A DNA stretch of 64,000 nucleotides from a virus. Below, in pieces: positions 27,660-38,300 of the stretch (within the stretch, counting starts at the first letter, position 1; the number at the start of each line of letters is the position of its first letter). The notes below the pieces were generated by a model. That model did not search any database. It was not told the origin of the DNA and saw only the letters and a program-made list of their open reading frames with translations. The stretch covers positions 64,626 through 128,625 of the IMG/VR virus record IMGVR_UViG_3300047994_000617, one strand, 5' to 3'. Position numbers and translations under genes: made by a program.

Positions 27660-29384
27660 ATGAGAAACGACAAGAGGGTGCAGCAAAACGTCGTCGTCTA
27701 CATCGGCAACCCGCCCCCTGGGGGCCAGACGGTGATCAAGCACGGCACCAACGGCACGCACAGCGTCCAGTCCCACCCCACGGCGGACGCCGCCCTCACG
27801 GGTGCCGGCCGCGCGGGCAACGCGGCCGTGCGGCGCTGGAAGATCGCCCACGGGGGCGTCCCCTTCGAGGTCGTCGACTACGGCAACGGCAAGGTGGAGC
27901 TGCTGCGGGACAACTCGATGGTCGCGACCTGTCGCCCCACGGCGGAGGGCTTCGCCCTCACCAGCTCGCCGGGGATCTCGGCGGGGGAGTTCGCGCACCT
28001 CGAGCGCCTGGTCGTCCGCGGGGAGCACGACGTCTTCGGTGGTCACCGCGTCCCCGGCACCACCAAGAGCGCGGAGCCGAAGAGCAGCGGCAAGCCGGCG
28101 AAGAAGACCACCGCGAAGAAGACCACCGCGAAGAAGACCGCCGCGAAGAAGACGGCCCGCAAGGCGAACAAGGCTGCGAAGACGTCCAAGGCCAGTCAGA
28201 AGGCCGAGAAGGGCGTCAGGTACTTCGTCAAGGTCACCGCCGGTGGCCAGCTCCTCGACGTCTTCGGGCCGTTCTCTGCCAAGCAGGCGGAGAAGAAGGC
28301 CGCCGAGCTTGGCGCGGTGGGCGCAGAGGTCGTCTCCGCGAAGGGCGCCGACGTGGAGACCCTGACGCAGGCCGCGCAGGCCACCAAGGCGAGGGCGAAG
28401 AAGCCGAGGAAGGCGGCCGCCAAGAAGACGGCCGCGAAGAAGACGGCCAAGAAGAACCCCGAGGGGACGGCGACCTTCAAGGCCGGCGCCCACCACGTCC
28501 GCGTTCACTACCCCGAGGGCGTCAGCCAGAAGCGCGTCCAGGGGGTCCTGAACCGTCACCCGCCCGAGAAGACGAAGCTCGCGACGATCACGAAGGCCCT
28601 GAAGCGGATCGGGGCGTCGTTCGTGCCGTGGGAGGGCGCCGAGGCGAAGACCATGACGGCCGCGAGCGGGCTCTACCAGCAGAAGGGGGGCAAGCCCGCC
28701 TCGAAGAAGCCCGCCTCGAAGAAGCCCGCCTCGAAGAAGCCCGCCTCGAAGAAGCCCGCCTCGAAGAAGCCGGCCTCGAAGAAGCCCGCCTCGAAGAAGC
28801 CGGCCTCGAAGAAGCCGGCCTCGAAGAAGCCGGCCTCGAAGAAGCCCGCCTCGAAGAAGCCCGCCTCGAAGAAGCCCGCCTCGAAGAAGCCCGCCTCGAA
28901 GAAGCCGCCCTCGGAGGCCCAGCTCGCCGCGCTCGCCGAGGGGCGCGCGAAGCGCACCGGGAGCACGGTCAAGCCGGCCCCCAGGCCGCCCACGGCCAAG
29001 AGGCCGGCGAAGGCTCCGAGGGCGAAGAAGCCCCCGAAGATCCCGGTGCCGAGCAAGCCGCACGTCCCGCCCAGCGCGCCCGCGAGCGGCCCCCGGGCCT
29101 CGCAGCACAGCCCGGACATCGGGCCGCGCACCACGCGATCCCCGGGAAGCCTCTCCGACGAGCGGTTCCTGCACGAGCTCCGGACCACGCTGCAGAACGA
29201 CGGCCTCGGCGAGCACTACGAACCGGCCAAGCACGTGTGGCTCGCCGGCGGCAAGGCCCTGGTCCTCGCGTTCATGGCCGAGCGCGGCATCACGGACCCG
29301 GTGGCGGGCTTCTCGCAGTGGATCGCTGAGAACCCCGCCGAGCGAGACGCCCTCCTCCAGAAGCCCATCCACGCCGCGGCCTGA
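27660..29384 (+). CDS. Lys/Ala/Pro-rich histone-H1-like protein with small globular domains
   Basis: AKKTT/AKKTA repeats and 14x KPASK. Confidence 0.75.
   Translation: MRNDKRVQQNVVVYIGNPPPGGQTVIKHGTNGTHSVQSHPTADAALTGAGRAGNAAVRRWKIAHGGVPFEVVDYGNGKVELLRDNSMVATCRPTAEGFALTSSPGISAGEFAHLERLVVRGEHDVFGGHRVPGTTKSAEPKSSGKPAKKTTAKKTTAKKTAAKKTARKANKAAKTSKASQKAEKGVRYFVKVTAGGQLLDVFGPFSAKQAEKKAAELGAVGAEVVSAKGADVETLTQAAQATKARAKKPRKAAAKKTAAKKTAKKNPEGTATFKAGAHHVRVHYPEGVSQKRVQGVLNRHPPEKTKLATITKALKRIGASFVPWEGAEAKTMTAASGLYQQKGGKPASKKPASKKPASKKPASKKPASKKPASKKPASKKPASKKPASKKPASKKPASKKPASKKPASKKPASKKPPSEAQLAALAEGRAKRTGSTVKPAPRPPTAKRPAKAPRAKKPPKIPVPSKPHVPPSAPASGPRASQHSPDIGPRTTRSPGSLSDERFLHELRTTLQNDGLGEHYEPAKHVWLAGGKALVLAFMAERGITDPVAGFSQWIAENPAERDALLQKPIHAAA
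28692..28901 (+). repeat. 15-bp tandem repeat x14 (AAGCCSGCCTCGAAG, KPASK)
   Basis: Directly visible. Confidence 0.97.
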
Positions 29385-29390
29385 TCGACC

Positions 29391-32300
29391 ATGGGCGGCG
29401 AGAGCGGCAACGGGCAACCGCGGGGCGCTGGTGGCGCACCTGCACCGGCAGCGCCGACCCGCACCGGCGGGTTCGCGTCGTTGGGGCTCGCCCCGCGTCC
29501 GCCCGTGCCAGCCCCCGCTCCAGCCCCGTCGCCCGCGCCGCCCCCGCCGACCCGCACCAGCGGGTTCGCGTCGCTCGCCGGCCGCGCGCCGCCGGCTGCT
29601 CCGGGCGTTCGGGTGGCTTCTCCGGCGCCGGCGACTCCGCAGGCCCGCACCAGCGGGTTCGCGTCGCTCGCCGGCCGCGCGCCCGCTCCCCGCCCCCCGC
29701 CGCCGGCGCATCCCCCTGCTCATCCCCTGGTCCCGCCGATCACCGGGACCCCGATCGTCCGCTACGTCGGCGCCCTGCATCCCCACCTGACGGGCCTCGA
29801 AGGCCGCGTCATCACGTCGGCGAGCGGGAAAGCGACCGTGCAGTGGCGGCGCCCCGGCGGTGGCGTTCGCCTGGGGGATCGCCAAGACCCGGCGAGCTAC
29901 GCGTTCGCCGAGCTCGTCGTGCTGCCGGAAGGTTACTCCGAGGGCTTCAAGAACGCCGCGGAGCGCGAGCGGGCCACCGCGCCGGCGCCATCGGTGCGCC
30001 CCCCGTCGGCCCGTCCGGCCTCGTCGCGTGGCCCGTCGTCGCGCGAGGCGCGCGATCCGTTCGCGGAAGAGAACCCCCGCGAAGCGATCGTCCGGTACAT
30101 GGGGGCCGAGCCTTACCTCCGCCAGCTCGAGGGGCGCGTGGCCCAGCGCATCGGGCACGAGATCCTCGTGCTCTGGCGGCAACGCGGCGGAGCCAGGTAC
30201 GCGCTGCGCGCTGGGGAGCCGCGCTACGTGCCGTTCAAGGCGCTGCGCGTCCTCCACGGCTACAGCCCTGACTTCCGGCGCCCCGGCGAGACTTGGCCGG
30301 ACAGCCAGAGCGCTCGCGGCGACATCCCTTACCTGACCGCCCTGTTCGCGGCGCTCGGGGACGAGCGCCTGGCCGAGGACGCCTACACCGCCTTCCTGGG
30401 GGCGCGCCAGTGGGGGTGGCTCGACAACAAGATCAAGATCCGCCGGGTCAAGCTCGCGCTGGACAACTCCATCGGCGAGGGAGAGCGAAGCGACAGGGCG
30501 CTTCAGGCTCTGGCCGGCGTCGACGCGGAGGGGATGAAGTGGAAGGTCGGCGCCCGGGTCACCCTCGGCGCCCGTGGCGCCTACAGGGGGCGCAGCGGGA
30601 CCGTCATCGCCATCTCGCCCTTCCCCCGCTACGACAGCCGCGAGGTCGAGATCGATCCGGAGCCGGGGGACCCGGGGAAGATCGTCGAGGAGGTGCGCGT
30701 CGAGGACCTCGTGAACGGGCCCCTGGCGCCCGCGACGGGTCGCGCACAGTCCGCCGTGGGGGGCGTCGCCGCCGTCGCGCCGCCGGCCGCGGCGCCCGAG
30801 CCACCGGTCGTCCCGCCGCCCTCCCTCCATGAGGAGCCGGCCCCCGTGGCCGCGGCGCCGACGCCCGTCGTGGGTTCGATCCAGGCGCTCCGGGCGCTCC
30901 CCGTCGGCACGAGGCTCCGCCAGGTCAAGAACGTGCTGGGGACCGTCGAGCGCGGTGGCGGACGTCGGATCGAGGCGCAGAAGCCCAAGGGGATCGTCCT
31001 CAGGGTCGACGCACCGGGCACGAAGCACCACGGGGCGACGTCGGACATCACGTTCAGCAACCTGGGCAGCGTGGAGCCGCGCCCCCACGGCTTCGCGCTC
31101 TTGGACCGGAGCAAGCGGTTCCTCGCCGAGTACGTCGTGGAGGAGATCCCCCACGGGGCAGCCTCCCCCGCGCCGGCGGACGACCTGCGCGCCCGGATCG
31201 TGGCCTTCCTCCAAGGCAACCCCGAGTCCCAGATGGCCGTGATCGCCCGCGCCGTGGGAGGCCCGGACAAGCCTGGCCAGGACGCCGTGTTCGCCGAGCT
31301 CCGTGCGATGCGGGGCGAGGACGTCATCTGCCACGAGCCCAAGGACGGCCGCGGAAAGGTGTGCAGCCTGAAGGCAGCGCCCGCGGCAACCGCCCCGGCC
31401 GCGCCTCCCACACCCACGATGCCCGGCCAACCGCGCGCACACCACGTCGCGATCTACGGCGGCAAGGAAGTCGTCGTCGACTACGTGCCGGACCCCAGGC
31501 GCGAGTTCAGCGTCGCCGCGATGCGCGTCAACGACAATTTGCCCACGGGGAAAACCGGGCTCGTCGTCACGCCGAAGGGACAATACTTCCTCATCACGGA
31601 GGGTAAGCGGACCTCCCAGCTCATCGCGCCGGGAGATGTCCCCACCGCGCTCGCGAAGCACCTTCCGGGGACGACCATGCTGCCGGCGAAAGCTGCCGAG
31701 GCGCGCGCCGACCAGGAGACGCCCGGCGCGGCGGCCGTCTCGACGCCCCAGAGGGCCGCCGAGGTGCTGCGGGCGAACCTCGCGCCGAGGTTCGCCGGGC
31801 ACTACCTCGACATCACGGCCGAGCGAGGCGTCGGCATCACCGTCGCCAAGACGGCCCCGCACGAGAGGCTGGGGATCCCCTCGTCGAGCCTGCCCTACTC
31901 GATGAGCATCGCGCCCTCGCAGTACGCCACCAACGTCCAGTGGCGCGACCTGACCGTCAAGTTCACGGGGGGCGACGACCAAAAGGAAGCCCTAGAGGCC
32001 GCCGGCCTGACGGTGATCCGCCGGTCGAGCGACATGACGCCGGAGGCGGCCGTCGCCAAGGTGCTCGCCTGGCCCGGGTGGGAGACCCTGGTGGGGATCT
32101 ACAGCGCTGGCAACCAGGCTCCCGAGCCCGCGCACACGGCACCGGCCGCACCGTTCAACCCCCTCGTCGTCGTCCACGTCGGCGACACCCCCAAGCACCC
32201 GAAGTGGGCCGCGATCCGCGAAGCGCTCCGCGATCCGGGACCCGAGAATCGGGCGCTCGCCGCGACGCTGATCGAGGAGGTCAACAAGGATCGCCAGGCC

Positions 32301-35300
32301 GCGATCCGCCGGCAGATGGCCCGCGCCGCCATGGAGCACAACCGGGCCCGGCTCGAAGTCGCGGGACTCACCGTCGGCGAGCCGCTCGCCAGGGTGATGG
32401 CGAAGTGGATCGGCGAAGGCGTGCCGACGCCGCAGGACCTCGACGCGTGGATCGCCGAGGCGGGTCCGTGGACGCCCGAGCCGCCCCTCCCGAAGCCCGC
32501 GGCGCCCGCCTGGGATCCGGCGCGCAAGGAAAAGAACCTCCGCCCGGGGATGCGCCTCGTCCTTGAGCGCGGGGTCCACGAAAACAAGCGGACCTTTCTG
32601 TCGATGGAGCCGCACGTCCCGCGCGCAGCCGCGCCGCAGAAGAAGCGGAAGAAGGGCGACGCGCCCCCTCCTCCCTCGCAGCACGCGGCCCGCTGGAACT
32701 TCGTGTTCCGGATCGACGACATCGGCCCGAAGTACGGAGCGCTGGAGCGGATCGACGACGTGACCGTCGTCTGGGGCCCCAGGGGGTTCAAGCTGGTGAA
32801 CGCCGCCGAGGTCTACGTCTTCGGGGTCGACGCGACCGAAGCCGCGCCCCCGTCGGTCGGCACCTTGCGCGCCACGCTGACCGAAGAGCACCGGAAGGCC
32901 CGTGTCGCCTCTGAGGTCTACCACAAGGACCAAGCCGGCGACTGGCTCCACCATGTGCGGAGCATCCTCCGCACGGCGGAGGCAGGCCGCGCGGAAGACA
33001 AGGCACTCCGCGACGTCGAGGACGCGCTGGCGCTGCAGCAGGCCCCCTCGCCCAGGACGCTCGATCCGCTGCGCCTCGGGCGCCTGATCGAGGCCATGGA
33101 GGACGCCCAAGACTACGAGGGGCTCCGCGAGACCCTGATCGAAGCCCGCGAGCTGGGGGCCCACGGCGCCCCCTCCGGCCAAGCCGCCCTCTTCGTCGAG
33201 GCGAGCGCCATCGGCGACGAGCTCGGGCGGCTCAACAGGATCAAGTTCGATCCGCTGCGCGAGAAGGTCCGCAAGGCGGTGGCCCTGGCCCGCGCGCACG
33301 TCGACCGGAAGGGCCCGGCCTACGCGCAGGCACGGGATGCCCTGAAGGCCGCCATCGCCGCCTACCGGGCACGCCGCCCGGCCCAGGCGCCCGCGCTTCC
33401 CCCGGCCGAGCAGCACGCGGCCGCGCTGGTCGAGCACCAGGCCGAGGCGCTCTCCCGGAAGTTCGAGGAGAAGCCCCCCTGCGCAACCGAGGAGGGCGTG
33501 CTCGCTGCCACCGCCGGGGAGTACCGGACCGTCGAGGAGGTCTCGGGGCTGCTCGGGGGGTGCGATCCCGATCTCGTCCAGAAGGTACTCACCAAGCTCG
33601 CCGACGAGTTCAAGCTGCGGAAGACCTTCACCAAGGACAAGCCCACGCGCTGGGGGCACGACGTGCCGCCCCACCGCGAGGACTGGGCCGTCTACCGCCG
33701 CGGGGCCGACATCTACGGCGACACCTCCTTCCTGACGGCCTCGGGACAGCTCCCTGGCTTCTCCGTGAAGCACCTCGGCATGGGGGAGTTCGTGCTCAAC
33801 ACCCCCAGGGGCGAGGTCGAGTTCGACCGGATGCGCGGGGTCGACTTCCCGGGGCAGACGGGGCGCTCCCACCTGCTCTACGCCACCCAGAACCCCGAGG
33901 CGCTCGCGCTCCTGCTGAAGGAGATGCGCGTCGACGAGCGGCTGGCAGAGGAGGCAGCCCAGCAGCCTGCCGCGACGGCAGCCCAGCAGCCTGCTACGCT
34001 TACAGCCCAGCAGCCTGCTACGCCGGCAGCTCAGCAGCCTGCTGCCGGCGCGCCGGCCTCCGAACAAGCGGGGAGGCCGGGCTCTGCGCGGGAGGCCGCG
34101 GCTGCGCCGCACCGGCTCACCATGGCCGAGAAGGCCGCGGATCTCTGGGCAGCGTTCACGCCCAGCGAGCGCGCCGCGGTGGCGGCGGGGGGGATCTTCC
34201 CCGCCAAGCCGATGGAGCAGGCGGCGCGGGAGGGCTACGCCGGCCGGGAGCTGACCGTGGCCCTCATGGACCACGCCAAGCAGCAGAAGAGCGCCGAGCG
34301 GCAGGCACCCCACGGCAAGCCCGAGGGGAGGCCCGATCGGGTCCGCGCCGCGCTTCAGGAGACCTCCCAGCGCGTGGAGGCGGCCCGGAAGCCGACCACC
34401 GAGGCCGTGTCCTCCGCCGCCGGCGAGGCACGCGCCATCCAAGCCGCCGAGGACGCCGGCACCGTCTCGCCCGCCGCCATGGCCGGCGTGAAGCTCTCGT
34501 CCCCGCCCAACCCGGACGACGAGGCCGTCTCCGACATCTACGCGCCGGTCGAGCACCGGACGGCCGCTGCCCGCCGCGACGCGAACATCAAGGCCATGTG
34601 GCTCGCCTCGGACCTCGAGGCGCGCCCCCGGCCGCTCACCAACGACGACCGCCTGGTGCTCGCCGCCTACTCGGACTGGGGCGGCCTCGGGATCGAGAAG
34701 GCGGCGAGGAAGTTCCCGCCGGGCTTCCCGGTGCCGGAGAAGCGCCAGCTCATCCACGCCTACTTCACGCCGCCCTTCGTGTGCTCGGAGATCGCGCGCG
34801 TCACGCGGCCGTTGATCGCCGGCCTCGACGGGAAAGAGGAGGGGCGCATCCACGCCCTGGAGCCGTCCCTTGGCATCGGTCGCTTCCCCCTCGCCTTCTC
34901 GGGCCCGGGCTTCGAGGCCCTGTCCTGGCATGGGGTCGAATACTCCAAGCTCAGCTTCAAGATGGTCCGCGCCCTGCGGCCGGACATGGACCTCTACCAG
35001 GGTCCCTTCGAGAGCTGGGTCACCGAGAAGGGGCCCGAGTTCCAGGGGCGGCTGCGCCTTGTGGTGAGCAACCCGCCCTACGGCGAGCGCGGCCCTGCCT
35101 ACACCAAGGATCCGGATCGGAGCTACCGCGAGATTCGCGCGGACAACTACTTCCTCCGCCGTGGGCTCGATCTCCTCGGCGCCGGCGGGCTCGGGATCTA
35201 CATCATCCCATCGGGCTTCCTCACCGGCAAGACCGCCGACGCCCGCAAGATCCGCGAGCAGGTGCTGCGCCGCCACCATCTGTCGGCGGCCTTCCGGCTC

Positions 35301-38300
35301 CCCAACGAGGTGTTCAGCCTCGCCAATGTCGTCACCGACATCCTCTTCTTCCGCGCCCGCGGCGGCATCCTGGAGAAGGTCGACGAGGCGGACCAGTTCA
35401 TCCTCGACGGCAAATACTACGAGGCGTTCACGGACCACATCCTCGGTACGGTGGTCCCGAACCCGCCCCCCGAACCTGGGCAAGAGGGCAAGCGGCAGTG
35501 GCACACGAGCGCCGAGGGCTACACGGTCGTCGGCGAGTTCAAGGGGCTGCCTCCCGAACTCGAGGAGCGGCCGATGTGCGCCGCATGCGTGCACATGACG
35601 CCGGCGCCGGCGGCGGCCAAGCCGCGCAAGGCCGACAAGCCCCTCGGGCCCCCGCCGACGGCGGCGGAGGCGATGGTCGAGAACGATGAGCGCATGGCGG
35701 CCGCCGTCGGCCTCGGGCGCCGCGTCGAGAAGTTCCTGGCAACCGTTGCCAACCCCGACGTCGAGCCCGTGGGCTGGGAGGAGCTCCACGACGACCTGAC
35801 CCAGTGGGGCGCCAAGCATGGTCCGCCTGCGGCCGACAAGCCCGTCCTGGCGCTGGCCAAGGCCGAGCGCGGGCCGCTCGGCCAGGGGGCCCCTGGGGGC
35901 GCAGGCTGGCTCCTCAAGGCGTTCCTCGGCAAGTCGGCGACCCTGATCGAGCCCCTGGCTGAGAAGCCCTCGTGGATGCCCCGGTACACCGGCAACCCCC
36001 ACGACCCGCTTCAGGTGGGGGAGTACCTCTTCCGGAACAAGAAGGCGCTCACCATCGGCGAGCTGCCCGGCAAGGACGCCGCTCCGCTCTTCGCCGCCGG
36101 GTGGTGCGAGGACTCGACGGCGCCGGCGTGGGTCGAGCGCCTGGACTTCCGCGGGAACCTCTACCCGCCGGACGATTACATGTTCGGGGAGCTGTGGCCG
36201 CGGCTCGACCGGGCGAGGGCCCGCGCCGCTCTCGGCGACACTCAGGCCGCCGCCCAGGCGACGCGGCTCCTGGAGGCGATCCAGCCGGCAACCTTCGACG
36301 AGATCGAGGTGAGCCCCCAGGACGGCTTCGTGCCGCTCGACGTGCTCGGGGAGTGGCTGGACACGATCAACCACGGACACGACGCGCTCACCCTCGTCCG
36401 CGCGGACGGCATCGTCCACATGGCCGGCGTCCCTTACGACGAGCACCTCCCGGGCATCTCGGGGCTCTCGGACGTTGCGCTGATGTGCCTCGGCTGGATC
36501 AACCACGACTACGTGGTCTTCAAGCCGTCTGCCAAGGACGATGACGCTCAGCAGATCGACGCGGATCGACTCATGTACGCGCGCGAATGGACCGAGAAGT
36601 TCCGGGCCTGGCTTGACGCGCGCCCGAAGCCCCAGCGCGCCGTCGAGAATGCCTACCAGCGGGCCCGGCAGGGCTACCGGCAACACGCCTACGGAAGCGC
36701 GCCCCTCCGGCTCGCCCGCTGGAACCCGGCCGTCGTTCTGAACCCCCACCAGATCGCCGGGGCTCGCCGGGTCAACGCAAACAGGGCCGGCGGTCTTGGC
36801 TTCCAGGTCGGCGTCGGCAAGACCTACACGATCCTGGCCGCCCTGGCGCTCGCACGACAGGAAGGGCGGGCGCGCCGGCCCGTCATCTGCGCGCCCCAGA
36901 AGATCGCCTTCCAGTGGATGGCGAACATCAAGAAGGCGCTCCCCGACTTCCGCGTCGTCGTCATCGGCATCAACAAGACGAAGAAAAAGACCGGGGAGGA
37001 CTCCAGCGACACGGACTCCCCGGAGGAGCGCAGCCGCAAGTGGGCCCGCTTCATGGGCGGGGAGTTCGACGTCGCCGTCGTCACCTACGATTCGTTGCCT
37101 CGCACACTGATGGACGAGGAGTCCACCCTCAAGTTCGTGGAGGGCGTGACCGCCATCGAGCGCGAGGTCGCGCTCCGCGCGCGGAACGCCAAGAAATCGG
37201 TAAAGGGCGAGCTGAAGAGGTACGCGGAGGAGAAGGGCGTCATCGATCGGAGGATCAAAAAGCTCGAGGCCACGATTGAGAACCTCACGGACGCCACATG
37301 GCCATCGGCGAGGCCGAAGCTCGCGAAGGCTCGCCAGGACCTCGCGGTGGCCCAGGCGAAGCTGGAGGTCCTCGACAAGAAACACCTCGGGTCGCTGACC
37401 GAGCGCCAGGACGCGATCCTGGAAGAGACCGTCGGCAGGTTCATCGCGGAGATGACCGAGCTCCCGGGCACATGGAAGCCGGACCCCGACATCATCTGGA
37501 ACAAGATCGGCGTCGATTGGATCGCCTTCGACGAGGCGCACAACGGCAAGAACCTGCACATGCCGGCCGACCGCGAGGGCGGCAGCGTGCCCAAGTACAT
37601 GGGCAACGCGGGCGACGGATCGAAGCGCGCATGGCACTGGTTCTTCCGGTGCTGCGACGTCCAGTCCCGCGGCGGCGAGGTCGTGCTGGCGACCGCGACG
37701 CCGGCCTCCAACAGCCCATTGGAGTTCTACAACCTCGTCAAGCTGATGGACAAGGACGCCTGGACCCGGATCGGGATCTACGATCCAGAGGCGTTCATCG
37801 ACAGGTTCTGCATCCTCCAGATCGAGGAGGTCATGAACGCCGAGATGGAGGTCGAGCAGCGCTTGGCCTGTGTCGGCTTCAAGAACGCGGACGAGCTCCG
37901 CTCGGTCATCTACCGGCTCTGGGAGTTCAAGACGGCCAAGCAGGCAGGTCTCAAGCTCCCCGCGGTGACGCAGGAGCGCGTCTTCGTCGACATGGATGCC
38001 GCCCAGGAGCAGAAGTACGTCGATTACGTCAAGGCCATCGAGGACGAGCTCTCCAAACCCAAGATCCCGGGCCAGAAGAGCGGCAAGATCCTCGGCCTGC
38101 TCGCCCGCATGGCGATGGTGTCCATGCACAGCCAGCTCGACGAGGGCTTCAAGTGGAAGACCGCGGGCGCCGTCGACAACCCGCACTCGCCGAAGTTCGA
38201 CGCGCTCGCCAACAACATCCTCAAGATGCCCCACTGCGGGCACATCGTCTTCGCCGACTACATCGCGGCCCACGCATGGATCCGCGACGTGCTCGTCGAG

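Noticed and set aside
8624-28901. Tandem repeats at 8624, 18545 and 28692 as possible CRISPR arrays
   Set aside because: No unique spacers, unit lengths are multiples of three within coding frames, and no cas genes are present.
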